DNA of 64,000 bases from a virus. Taxonomy: Duplodnaviria; Caudoviricetes. The stretch lies in the IMG/VR virus record IMGVR_UViG_3300018083_000446, positions 974 through 64,973 of that record; one strand, written 5' to 3'. Of the stretch, positions 19,716 through 28,920 are shown one piece after another. The first letter of the stretch is position 1. Each line of letters opens with the position of its first letter. Made by a program: the position numbers and the translations under genes. A model generated the notes under the pieces. The model was given only the letters and a program-made list of their open reading frames with translations. It was not told where the DNA came from and ran no database searches.

Positions 19716-21701
19716 TTAGCTCACCTGGTTAGCAGTGAAGCGCAAGCGCAACGCTGACCAATTAGTGATAGTGCCGCTGACTGTTTGGACCGCATCTTGC
19801 CAAGTGTATGGCACGTCAGTGTGCGTCCACGTTTGGACTACGCTCGCACCTTCCATGAGGTCCACTACCAAGTCGATCTGGTGGCCTGCCAAGTCCTTTT
19901 TGTAGCGATAGTAGAGGGTGCGTGTGCCAGCCACTGGTGCGCTTAGAACACCTAATGCTACTGTCGCAGCATCGTTCACAGGGCTAGCACTAGACTTAAT
20001 GTAGTCGGCATCACTCGCTGGTAGCTCGTCTATCGAAGCGTACAGGTTGACGTTGCTATCTAGTTCGTTCGTCCAGCCACCGTCTGTTACATCAGCTACA
20101 GGTCGTACGGCTTGACCACCAGTGGTAACACCAACGCACTGAGCCCTAGGGCCTACATGGCCAGCCACGGCTGTGCTGTCGCCATCACCCAACACCATCG
20201 CTGTACCGGTGTCGTGACGTACACTAAGTAGTGTGGTACCAGCGTCATACACCCAACCTTCCTGGGTGAGGTCACTACGCTGTGGTAATCGTACACCGTT
20301 GGACGTGACACGTGTAGGCGTGAAGGCTACACGCACACGCTCTATGCCAGGCTCGAACGTGGTATAGCTAACGCCTAGTGTGTTGTACTTGATAGCTTGC
20401 ACTACTGCAGGTAGCCCACCCAACCCGCGCACTGAAACTATGTGCGTCTCGCTGGGTGGTGCCCATTCAGGTACGGCTGCGAAGCCGTCCATGTAGTGCT
20501 TGATCAGATCGCCGTAGCTATCGGACCACCAGTAGTCGTCGGTCGCTGCCAACGCTGCTTTGATACGACCGCCAGTGTTATCTAGTCCGTACGTGACGAA
20601 GTTGAACGAACGATAAGCGTCCTCCTTGAAGGACGACGTACTGGTCTGGGCGTACCACAACGCGTTGATTGACGCCCACCGTGCTGTGTGGCTAGTCAGC
20701 CCTGGATCGCCGCAGCACACATCTTGTTCGTCGATTCGCTGCGCGGAGAAACTAGTACCGGCACTGAAGTTCGTGACCACCCACGTTAGCAACGCTGGCA
20801 CATGCGTAGTGTAGTTCGGGTCTACATCAGCTGGGTTATTACGATTCAGGATATACCGACACGTCTCCATCGGGACGAGTTGATTGTCGTTACCAGCTTC
20901 GTCTTGAGAACGATGGATGTCCTCGAAGTACGCCTGCCACTTGTTCGTGGTCATTGGCCCGTTGGCACCAAGCACCCAATTCCAAGCCGTGTTACGTGCC
21001 GTAGTGTAGGCGCTGGTATTGCCAATACCCAGACGTATGAGCTCGTCGAAAAGCTCCACACCAGCCACAGCGTTGCAACCGTATTCCTGGTTGACAGCTC
21101 CTGTCGGGCCATACACACGGAACGGCCACGGTGACTGTGTTGTGCTACCAGTACGTACGTGGGATTGCAATGCATCAGCGCAATCAATCGCAGCGTCACG
21201 ATAGGTAGTGTCACCGGTCAGCTGCCAGAACTTGAGGTACGCGTGGCCTAGTTCACCTATCTTGTCTGGCTCGAGCCCGTCGGTATCATCGTCGTCAGCA
21301 TCGCCATCACCAGTGTACGTGAACGCACCAAACTCAGACGTGGCGAACGGAACGTTAGGCCAATCCCATGAACCAGACGTCGTGCCATTGGCGAGCATGT
21401 AGTCCAAGCAAGCCTTGACGTGTGATATGAGACTGCTATCCCCGGAGAACGCAAGCCACGGTATCAACGAGTCCACGAAGCACGCGTAGGTCATGGCCGG
21501 GTTGTGCGACCCGAACTCCGTACCACCACTGTCGAAACAACAGTACCTCAAGTACGGCTTGGTACCGCCTACAGTAGGTACGGTCTTGAAGTAGTTCCAA
21601 GCGTAGCCGATCAACTGCACGTAGGCAGTGTTCTGCGGGGTCAACCACGACAGTAGTTTACTGCTACCGTCGAGGACTTCCGTGTGTCCGTTGATCGCCA
21701 T
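19716..21701 (-). CDS. Virion-associated protein: putative (alpha/alpha)6 glycoside-hydrolase-like domain + C-terminal beta-sandwich
   Basis: EPDKIGELGHAYLKFWQLTGDTTYRDAAIDCADAL six-hairpin-type helices; C-terminal ~130 aa paralogous to the next gene. Confidence 0.6.
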   Translation of the reverse strand: MAINGHTEVLDGSSKLLSWLTPQNTAYVQLIGYAWNYFKTVPTVGGTKPYLRYCCFDSGGTEFGSHNPAMTYACFVDSLIPWLAFSGDSSLISHVKACLDYMLANGTTSGSWDWPNVPFATSEFGAFTYTGDGDADDDDTDGLEPDKIGELGHAYLKFWQLTGDTTYRDAAIDCADALQSHVRTGSTTQSPWPFRVYGPTGAVNQEYGCNAVAGVELFDELIRLGIGNTSAYTTARNTAWNWVLGANGPMTTNKWQAYFEDIHRSQDEAGNDNQLVPMETCRYILNRNNPADVDPNYTTHVPALLTWVVTNFSAGTSFSAQRIDEQDVCCGDPGLTSHTARWASINALWYAQTSTSSFKEDAYRSFNFVTYGLDNTGGRIKAALAATDDYWWSDSYGDLIKHYMDGFAAVPEWAPPSETHIVSVRGLGGLPAVVQAIKYNTLGVSYTTFEPGIERVRVAFTPTRVTSNGVRLPQRSDLTQEGWVYDAGTTLLSVRHDTGTAMVLGDGDSTAVAGHVGPRAQCVGVTTGGQAVRPVADVTDGGWTNELDSNVNLYASIDELPASDADYIKSSASPVNDAATVALGVLSAPVAGTRTLYYRYKKDLAGHQIDLVVDLMEGASVVQTWTHTDVPYTWQDAVQTVSGTITNWSALRLRFTANQVS

Positions 21702-22837
21702 TAGACCTGGTTAGCTGTGAAGCGTACGCGCAAGTTCGAATAGTCGCTGATGGCGTTGGTTATTGTTTGTTCAGCCAGTGTATGAGTCGTGGAAATATCG
21801 GTATGGGTCCACGTCTGCACGACGCTAGCGCCTTCCATCAAATCCACAACCAAGTCCACTTGCGCGCCGCTGATATCCTTCCAATAGCGATAGCGTAGCG
21901 TGCGCGTACCGCTAATCGGGGCTGACAACGTACCCATCGCCAGAGTGACTGGTGATGAGTTAGGGTCTTGTTCGGAGCGAATGTAGTCAGCATCGTCCGC
22001 TATAACTTCATCCACCACTGCAAACAAGTTCGTGGTAGCGCCGGTCTGCGTAGTCCACGCACCAACGCTAATGTCCGATGTTGGCTGTACAACTTGCCCT
22101 TCAGCTTTTGTACCTGCACACTGAGCTCGAGCACCTACGCTACCTAGCGCCGCGCCTGAAAGGTTTGTGCCACTGGTGCCTTCGAACGCAGCGATAACCA
22201 TCGCTGTATCGGCCGATATCGTGCCCCATACGTGGCCCCGACTTTGTGCCGTCGTCACCGACTGGTTTACTATAGAACCAGCCATGTTGACGGCGCCATT
22301 CGTCTCGCGGCTAGCAGCGTTGAATTCAGCCCACGTACCCTCAGTGCCCGTTTGGTTCAGGTTGATTGTGACGGTGCCACCCAAGTCGATGGAAATGACC
22401 GCCATGTACAACGCGTTGACTTTGCCAGTGTTGTCAACGTTGAGCGAATCGTGCAGAGTTTGAGCAGTCGATGCGTTGTTGTTCGACCCGATCAACGAAC
22501 TGGCTGTCAACGCATCTTGCACTTCAGCCAGGAACAACGTGACCCCACCGCTCGTACTAGCCCAAGTTACGTTGACTGAACCAGCCGACAAGTTCTCCTT
22601 ATAGAACATGCCGGCATTGGCACCAGCACCACCATGGCGTCGTGCAATGACCGTGTATGCACCGTGCACGTTGTCCGAGATGGTTAGGCCAGTTTCCTGG
22701 CCGCCAGACCCACCAAAGTTCGTTAGCCCAGCAACTGCCAAACGCCCGGCTGTGTAAGTGATAAAGCCGTTCAGCGTACCACCGGTACCGGTGTCTACAG
22801 CGTGCTTAACCGTTTGCGTGACAGTAGGGGCAGCCAT
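21701..22837 (-). CDS. Virion accessory protein with the paralogous C-terminal beta-sandwich
   Basis: Thr/Gly/Ala-rich; C-terminus DADYI.S...GTRTL.YRY.KD..G.Q.DLVVDLMEGASVVQTWTHTD...LR.RFTANQV shared with 19716-21701. Confidence 0.65.
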   Translation of the reverse strand: MAAPTVTQTVKHAVDTGTGGTLNGFITYTAGRLAVAGLTNFGGSGGQETGLTISDNVHGAYTVIARRHGGAGANAGMFYKENLSAGSVNVTWASTSGGVTLFLAEVQDALTASSLIGSNNNASTAQTLHDSLNVDNTGKVNALYMAVISIDLGGTVTINLNQTGTEGTWAEFNAASRETNGAVNMAGSIVNQSVTTAQSRGHVWGTISADTAMVIAAFEGTSGTNLSGAALGSVGARAQCAGTKAEGQVVQPTSDISVGAWTTQTGATTNLFAVVDEVIADDADYIRSEQDPNSSPVTLAMGTLSAPISGTRTLRYRYWKDISGAQVDLVVDLMEGASVVQTWTHTDISTTHTLAEQTITNAISDYSNLRVRFTANQV

Positions 22838-23239
22838 TTACTCGAGTTCCCCAGAAATGTCTGATGCCTGTATGGTAACACCCAATCGAACCGTCACCCC
22901 TTCGGTTTCGACCCACACACGTGCCTGCATCGCTTGCATCTCCGCGAACGTAGCAGAATCATGTTTTACAGACGGCATAGAGCCGCGTGGGCCTAGTTCG
23001 CCAAAGACGATATTTTTAGTGGTGAACCATTCTTGGAACGGGCCTGCACCTATACGTATATCGACTCCCCATTGAACGATACGCCCTTGGCCCGCAACTT
23101 GGCTCCATGAGTTCGGGTTGCTGGTGGTGAATACCACGTTGAAGCCGCGCAAGCCATCTGGAATGGCTTGCGCGGTGAACAAACGCCTCGCCCCGCTTGA
23201 AACAGGCGTCGGAGCGACCGTACGTGTGACGATCGCCAT
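22838..23239 (-). CDS. Hypothetical virion protein
   Basis: 133 aa beta-rich ORF tightly packed in the late operon. Confidence 0.65.
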   Translation of the reverse strand: MAIVTRTVAPTPVSSGARRLFTAQAIPDGLRGFNVVFTTSNPNSWSQVAGQGRIVQWGVDIRIGAGPFQEWFTTKNIVFGELGPRGSMPSVKHDSATFAEMQAMQARVWVETEGVTVRLGVTIQASDISGELE

Positions 23240-23243
23240 ATGT

Positions 23244-23966
23244 CTACGCGACGGCGCCTAGATCAACCGACCCCGACGACAGAGCGTAGGTGCCCTGACC
23301 TGCGAATGTCTCAGGCACACACTTCTGCGAATAGAACACGAACGGCTGCGTACCGGTCAGGTCTATCGCAGTACCGCCGCTGGTGGTGGCAACGCGGAAC
23401 GAGTCCGTAGCCAGACCAGTAGCGATCACGAAATAGATCGTACCTACGCTGAGGCCCGTAGGCAACGTACCCCAGAACACCACACGGTTGTCAGCGACTA
23501 GACCGTGGGCCTTGCTGAAGATATCGTTGTTGGTGATGTCGGTCGAAGTCTCAGCAGACGAGTACAGCAGAGCACCACCACCTGCGGGCATCATACCACT
23601 GAAGTTGCCCGTTGTGATGGCGTCCCAGAACCCGACCCACGCTACGGTTGTAGACGCTGGCACGTCCCACGTTGGAAGCGTAGCCGCCAACGCTTTTGCA
23701 CCGCCCGAACTAGCTGCCCACGTGAGGGCCTTGCGTGCGTAGGCAGGTGAACCACCAGTGACTTCGTTGGTGCCAGTTGTAGAATACGCCGTGTGAAGCG
23801 AACCGTGTGTTGCTTCAGTGGCGAACCCATCTAGTGCGGCGTGCTTGCCATTGTTGGCCATGAAGAACGCCTCGTATGGCCGCAGCAACCGCGCCAAATC
23901 GCGCGCTATAGGCGCACGATGCACGACACCACACGGACACAACCGAGGCGCAGGCAAATGAATCAT
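23244..23966 (-). CDS. Head decoration/fibre-base-like protein
   Basis: Start 23966 with GGAGGAGG RBS; SLHTA..GTNEVTGGSPAYARK..WDAITTGNF pattern plus an inserted HGL..DNRVVF..LPTGL..YFVI domain. Confidence 0.65.
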   Translation of the reverse strand: MIHLPAPRLCPCGVVHRAPIARDLARLLRPYEAFFMANNGKHAALDGFATEATHGSLHTAYSTTGTNEVTGGSPAYARKALTWAASSGGAKALAATLPTWDVPASTTVAWVGFWDAITTGNFSGMMPAGGGALLYSSAETSTDITNNDIFSKAHGLVADNRVVFWGTLPTGLSVGTIYFVIATGLATDSFRVATTSGGTAIDLTGTQPFVFYSQKCVPETFAGQGTYALSSGSVDLGAVA

Positions 23967-23988
23967 GCGTTCCTCCTCCAGGAGTGAT

Positions 23989-24008
23989 GGGGGTCCCGAA
24001 GGACCCCC
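23989..24008 (-). terminator. GGGGGTCC-TTCG-GGACCCCC cUUCGg hairpin after the major capsid gene
   Basis: 8-bp stem with UUCG tetraloop; no U-tract, so possibly a stabiliser or attenuator. Confidence 0.6.
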
Positions 24009-24015
24009 TACACCG

Positions 24016-25488
24016 TTACCCCTTGTAATCCGCGAAGAACGAGGGTGCAGTCGATCGCGAGGTGACACCACCGTTGATGAAGTACGGATCGTTCGGGAAC
24101 GGATCACGCGTGTGCAGCATCGGGCTGTACTGAACGTTGAGGAGCCGACCAAACAGGTGAGGCACCGGAACGATCAATCGCGGCTCGATGTACGCCTGCC
24201 ACTGCACGCATGTGTTGACTGGAGGCTTGAGGTGCCAGAAGTACTGACCACCATCAGTCCAGTAGAACGTGCCCATGCGGCCATCGTTGACGGCGTCCAT
24301 TGTGCCGTTGCGATAGTCGAGGAATTCCCAGTAGATGCCCGCCATACCACCGAGGAAGGTGTTGCAGATGAAATAGATATCGGACGCGAATGACCCGGCG
24401 GTCACCTTGTTCGATGTCGTCTGCGAATCTTCGTCGATAGCATCGTCGAACACGACTGGGAACTGAGCGCCATCAACGAGCAGATACTTGCCCTGGCGCA
24501 TGGCGTCGCGCATCTGGATCTGGTCGTTGGCGTTCATGAGCAGCGTCTGCGTGCCGTCTGTAGCACGCATCTGACAGCCGAACGTCATGTACGAACACGG
24601 CCAGAACGCCGTGAGTTCGTAGAACAGGTTCTCGCGCATGGCAAGCGACCACGACGCCGGCATGAGCCCCATCTTCTCGGCGTTCGAGCGCAAGATGCGG
24701 ATCATGTAGACGATGGTACGAACGATGTCGGCGCCAGACGAAGTGTCACCAACACGCTTGTAGCCGTAGTCCAACACCAGCGAGTTCAGCGAAGGGCACG
24801 ACTGGCCTGTGATGGCGTCCTTCTTGTTCGTGCCAATCAGCAAGTCCAGCCCAGGGAATTCACGATAGCCACCGCCGCTAGTGTTGTTGGCGGGGTTACC
24901 CGAGTACACCTGGCGAAGCAGCTTGTTCTGGAACGACACACCCAGCTCGACGAAACGCATGAGCGCCTCACGTGCCAAGTTCTGCGCACCACCCGGGATG
25001 CTGGGCGTGATGATGCCGTTGGAGTTGACGCCAGGCGCCAGCAACGGATCATTGACGATACGCAGGTCCATGAACTCAGAGCGGTTGATTTGCTGGCGTG
25101 CCAGTGTGGTCAGCTCGAGTTCACGAGTCTTGAATGCGTAGCGTCCGAACTGCGCCGTCTGGTAGCAGTTCTTCATTGGACCAGCTGTAGGCGGCTCGTC
25201 GCACAACCCCACCGGGTTCGCACCTGAACCTGGCAAAAAGCCCGTCAGGTACGGGAACAGCGGGTCGGTCGAGTTGGTAGGGCGAGCTGGAATAGCGCCC
25301 GCCAGACCCACAGGTTGGACGCGAGTCGAGATGATGTCCCGCTCGAGGCCTGGGTATGACCACAACCCGTTGACCCCATGCAGGTATGGCGTGGTGTTCC
25401 CATACACGCCGGACGGTGCAGTGTGCCGCTGGCCGGCGACAACCTGCGAGCTCGAAAGCTCTCGAGCCAGATCCTGAAGCAGACCCAT
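24016..25488 (-). CDS. Major capsid protein (putative)
   Basis: 490 aa directly downstream of the protease/scaffold, followed by a stable hairpin; ...EFPGLDLLI... motif. Confidence 0.8.
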   Translation of the reverse strand: MGLLQDLARELSSSQVVAGQRHTAPSGVYGNTTPYLHGVNGLWSYPGLERDIISTRVQPVGLAGAIPARPTNSTDPLFPYLTGFLPGSGANPVGLCDEPPTAGPMKNCYQTAQFGRYAFKTRELELTTLARQQINRSEFMDLRIVNDPLLAPGVNSNGIITPSIPGGAQNLAREALMRFVELGVSFQNKLLRQVYSGNPANNTSGGGYREFPGLDLLIGTNKKDAITGQSCPSLNSLVLDYGYKRVGDTSSGADIVRTIVYMIRILRSNAEKMGLMPASWSLAMRENLFYELTAFWPCSYMTFGCQMRATDGTQTLLMNANDQIQMRDAMRQGKYLLVDGAQFPVVFDDAIDEDSQTTSNKVTAGSFASDIYFICNTFLGGMAGIYWEFLDYRNGTMDAVNDGRMGTFYWTDGGQYFWHLKPPVNTCVQWQAYIEPRLIVPVPHLFGRLLNVQYSPMLHTRDPFPNDPYFINGGVTSRSTAPSFFADYKG

Positions 25489-25497
25489 GGTCCCCCC

Positions 25498-27021
25498 TTA
25501 TCCTCTCGTGCCAATGAGGGGACCAAGGATCGTACCCTCGAAGAAGTCCTTAGCAATGCCGGCCTCTGCACCTGTGCTGGCCACAACATTGTCGTCGGAC
25601 TTGGACGCCGAAACGGGCGCCCCAACCTTCGGAGTCATAGCCTCAGCCACCACAGCGTCACCGCTCTTGATGTCCTTGGTTCGTTCGTCGATCGACTTGA
25701 CCTGCGCGGCCAACGTGCTAACGAGCTCTTGGATGCTCATGAGCGTCTTGGTCGTTTCGATCCTGAAGTTGTTCTCCTGGACCTGCTCAGGTGTGGGCGG
25801 TGGCTCGACCTCAATACCGAGGTCAGCTGCCTTACTCTCCAGACCCTGGGTCTTCAGAGCTTCGGCCAGACCCTCAGTAGCGGTTTCCCACTGCTTGATC
25901 TGGTCTTCGGGGATGCCCATATCCACGAAGTACTTCCGCTTGTCGGGGGTGAAACCCATCTCGTTCGCCTTTCCTGCGTTCAAAAGATTGAAGCTAGTCG
26001 TCCAGACGGCAGCGTTCGTCACCGGTAGAACCGATATCTCGTACGAGCGGTACCATTCAATCAGGTTCTCTCTCTGCAGCCCGAAGAATCCATGCGATAC
26101 GCCAGCGTCCTCCCGTGCAGCTTTCTCAGCGAGCGCTTCTTTTCCAGCGTCGATGAGGCCGCTGGCGTGGACGAAGCCATCTTCTGTCAGGTCGAGCCAG
26201 TCCACCTGGCCGAACTTGGAACCCATGGTGTGCCACAGCCACAACTCGGGATACTGGCTATGTTCACTAGCCCAATCCACGAATTCCTTGTGCGCGGCCT
26301 TGGTGAAAATTTCTCCCTCCCTGTCCATGAAGTTGTTAGACCACACGGTGTAAAACCGCAGGCGACCGTCTTTCTGTCGTACCAGCCCGAACGCCGCCGA
26401 CCCACCGTCGTGTTCGTCCGTGCCTGACACAGGGGTGTGGGCGGAGCCCGAGTTGTTGAACCTTGTCACCAGTGACCGCAAACCTTCCAACAACCCAGGC
26501 TTCCCCGTCGGGCTGTTTGGTAGGGGTGGTTCGATAACAGGCAACGGATCGGGCTCCGCAAAATCTCGTTCCGCTACGACCGCGACAGTACCACTCGAGG
26601 AATCAGTCGTTGCTTTGGCACGCCATAGACTAGACACACCCTCAGGATCAACCGGCCCCTCCACCAAAGCGCATGAACCTTCACCGACGTACCAGTGACA
26701 AGTGGCGCAACTTCCAGCGTTGCTAGCTCTGATCGTACGGTAGCCGGCAACGTCCTTAGTAAGTTGTACCAACCCTGGAGGCGGGTCGTCATAGTCTCCG
26801 TTGTCATACTCCTTCGCCTCGAACAACAGTTCAGCATCTTCGAGAGTCATAGTGGAAGGGTCCGCGTCTTTAGACGCCGCCACCCCATTCGCCATCTTGA
26901 AGCATTTCTCTTCTGGATGCCCGTCCGCCGCACAGCCGTTGAAGATGTGGAGCCACTGGCGTTGGCGGGTGGGCGGCAGCTTCTTGACGTGGGCAGGAGC
27001 ATTAGCCGCGGTGTAAGGCAT
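25498..27021 (-). CDS. Prohead protease/scaffold with N-terminal ChaB-like and HiPIP-like domains
   Basis: NNFMDREGEIF..LWLWH..GVSHGF..YEISVLP..AA protease core; N-terminal LPPTRQRQWLHIFN..EEKCFKMAN; CATC..CALVEGPVDPEGVSSLW. Confidence 0.75.
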   Translation of the reverse strand: MPYTAANAPAHVKKLPPTRQRQWLHIFNGCAADGHPEEKCFKMANGVAASKDADPSTMTLEDAELLFEAKEYDNGDYDDPPPGLVQLTKDVAGYRTIRASNAGSCATCHWYVGEGSCALVEGPVDPEGVSSLWRAKATTDSSSGTVAVVAERDFAEPDPLPVIEPPLPNSPTGKPGLLEGLRSLVTRFNNSGSAHTPVSGTDEHDGGSAAFGLVRQKDGRLRFYTVWSNNFMDREGEIFTKAAHKEFVDWASEHSQYPELWLWHTMGSKFGQVDWLDLTEDGFVHASGLIDAGKEALAEKAAREDAGVSHGFFGLQRENLIEWYRSYEISVLPVTNAAVWTTSFNLLNAGKANEMGFTPDKRKYFVDMGIPEDQIKQWETATEGLAEALKTQGLESKAADLGIEVEPPPTPEQVQENNFRIETTKTLMSIQELVSTLAAQVKSIDERTKDIKSGDAVVAEAMTPKVGAPVSASKSDDNVVASTGAEAGIAKDFFEGTILGPLIGTRG

Positions 27022-27443
27022 TATTTAGATACCTCCGATATAACGAGCTGAGCTCCCTTTTTGAACTCTGGCCGGTCGATTTTATCACGAATGTTAGGCC
27101 AGCCCCAAGCTGCGTGGAAGCTAGCTTGGCCGCTAGGCCCGTGTACATAACCCGAGTAGTAGCGCCCCCAGCGATCTTGGACGGCGTTGTTGATCTGCCA
27201 TTGAATGCCTACCCCACTCGAGACGTCCTTCAACCGCCAGTTCCGCAGTAGGCGATACGTGCGTTGGTACGCCTTGCCAGTGCCGGGGTTGGCGGGTTTG
27301 TCTGGCGGGGGCGGGTACACGAGCTCCATGATGATGTTAGCGCAGTAGGATTGGGTGTACTCATGGAGTGCAGCGTACGTTTCAGGCCCGTGGATGATCC
27401 TGGAGTTGGCACGAATAGCGGAGAAGCGTACGCGTACTGACAT
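27021..27443 (-). CDS. Putative head/neck morphogenesis protein (HK97 gp10-like)
   Basis: 140 aa basic; YQRTYRLLRNW...YSGYVHG..QASFH..WGW. Confidence 0.55.
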   Translation of the reverse strand: MSVRVRFSAIRANSRIIHGPETYAALHEYTQSYCANIIMELVYPPPPDKPANPGTGKAYQRTYRLLRNWRLKDVSSGVGIQWQINNAVQDRWGRYYSGYVHGPSGQASFHAAWGWPNIRDKIDRPEFKKGAQLVISEVSK

Positions 27444-27450
27444 AACGTAG

Positions 27451-28884
27451 TTACACCGTTACCGCCGGACGCTTGGTGGATTGGGTTGGAGGCGACTGTT
27501 CGAGGTTGTCGTTAGGTTGTGTCTTCGGCCCAGCCGGCCCTTTGGGACCGGGTTCACCGCGTGTGACTGGCGTCTCGGGCGGAGGTGGCAAGGAGGCTTC
27601 TAGTTCGACTTCGCCTGTCGCATCCGATTCGCCCATCATCTTCAGGTAGCGCGGGTCCAGGTCACCTGTGTCAACCAGGATCTGTCGTGCGACTTCAGTG
27701 GTGATCGCCCCAGATTTAATAAGCAAGTCCAACCACACAGCACGCTCCTTGGACACTGCGACTTCGTCGAATTTCTGGGCCAGGTCTTGTTCCCCAAACT
27801 CGAACGTGACGGACGACGGCATCACGCCTCTGAAGTTGAAGACCTGGCCCAGAATCCCCATGAACGCTGCAGCACCTTTGCCTCGACTCTTGACGTGGGA
27901 GGTCTTGGCTTCTGTGCCAGAGCCGATCCCACGCCCGGGGGCGGGTGCGAAGTCACCATAGTCCGTTCCAAACGCCAGCGCTAGATTGGTAACGTACCAC
28001 TGCATCGCCAGGTCTTCGTTGAAGTTGTCTGGCAAAGACGCAAGGTCGATCTGGGCGTGAGACACTGTGGCGTTCGGGTCTAGCGTGCCGATAATGGCGG
28101 GCATTACGAACCGCATCTGGCCCATACTGTCAGCAGTCTGGCGGTGCTTTTGGAGCGCATCTTCGATCATGCGCGTGGGCATGCCGCTAACTAGGTGGAT
28201 AGCTTTCTCGAACCGGCCAGACACCTTCTCACGCTTGTAGATCAGGATGTCACGCATGATCTGGGATGCACGTAGTACGCGAGTTAGAGCGCAGTACTGC
28301 ATCCCATTGTGTTCTTGTCTGGGGGATGGGAACTCCGCTAGCGGTATCACCTGGAACCACTTCATCAAGTGGCCTCGACCACGACGGTCGTAGTAGATCA
28401 CAGGTGTCTCTGGGATTCCCGTACGAACACAATGAGCGCTATCGAGGTGGTTCAGACCAACCGGCGGGCTAGCAGGTTGGGGTCCGTTTCGTACCACCTC
28501 GATAAACGCACCATTGTCCTGCGTGAACAGGTCTATCAATACCTTGGAGACGAAGGGAATCCACCCCTCACCAAATTCAGCGCTGTGGAGTAGACGCTGA
28601 ACGGCTGCAGTGGTGAGGGGTGGCCCTTTCAACGTCCAACCGAAAGCTGCGTAGCGTGCAACGGTCGAGTAGAGCGCACTGGCGAACATCGGTTCCGTAG
28701 GCCAGAACGCTCTCAAAAACTGGTCCCTAAGGCCAGGTGTGTTACCCCACGGTGGTACCGTATCAGCTGCGTCAGCCATAGCTAACGTTATCGAATACGT
28801 CTCGCCAAAGAACCCACCTTCGTTGGGCCTCGTGGGGTGGTCTACTACTGAGCCGTTAGTGAGGTTGGTGGGGTCTATGGGCAT
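27451..28884 (-). CDS. Portal protein
   Basis: 477 aa after TerL; DLFTQDNGAFIEVVR, LALAFG.. Confidence 0.85.
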   Translation of the reverse strand: MPIDPTNLTNGSVVDHPTRPNEGGFFGETYSITLAMADAADTVPPWGNTPGLRDQFLRAFWPTEPMFASALYSTVARYAAFGWTLKGPPLTTAAVQRLLHSAEFGEGWIPFVSKVLIDLFTQDNGAFIEVVRNGPQPASPPVGLNHLDSAHCVRTGIPETPVIYYDRRGRGHLMKWFQVIPLAEFPSPRQEHNGMQYCALTRVLRASQIMRDILIYKREKVSGRFEKAIHLVSGMPTRMIEDALQKHRQTADSMGQMRFVMPAIIGTLDPNATVSHAQIDLASLPDNFNEDLAMQWYVTNLALAFGTDYGDFAPAPGRGIGSGTEAKTSHVKSRGKGAAAFMGILGQVFNFRGVMPSSVTFEFGEQDLAQKFDEVAVSKERAVWLDLLIKSGAITTEVARQILVDTGDLDPRYLKMMGESDATGEVELEASLPPPPETPVTRGEPGPKGPAGPKTQPNDNLEQSPPTQSTKRPAVTV

Positions 28885-28895
28885 GGGGGGTGGGG

Positions 28896-28917
28896 AGCTT
28901 TTCCATTTGGAAAAGGT
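28896..28917. repeat. 22-bp palindromic motif copy 3 (AGCTTTTCCATTTGGAAAAGGT)
   Basis: In the terL-portal intergenic gap. Confidence 0.95.
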
Positions 28918-28920
28918 GGG

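Noticed and set aside
19716-22100. Duplicated C-terminal regions as a diversity-generating retroelement TR/VR pair
   Set aside because: Differences are not adenine-specific, both copies are coding, and no reverse transcriptase is present.
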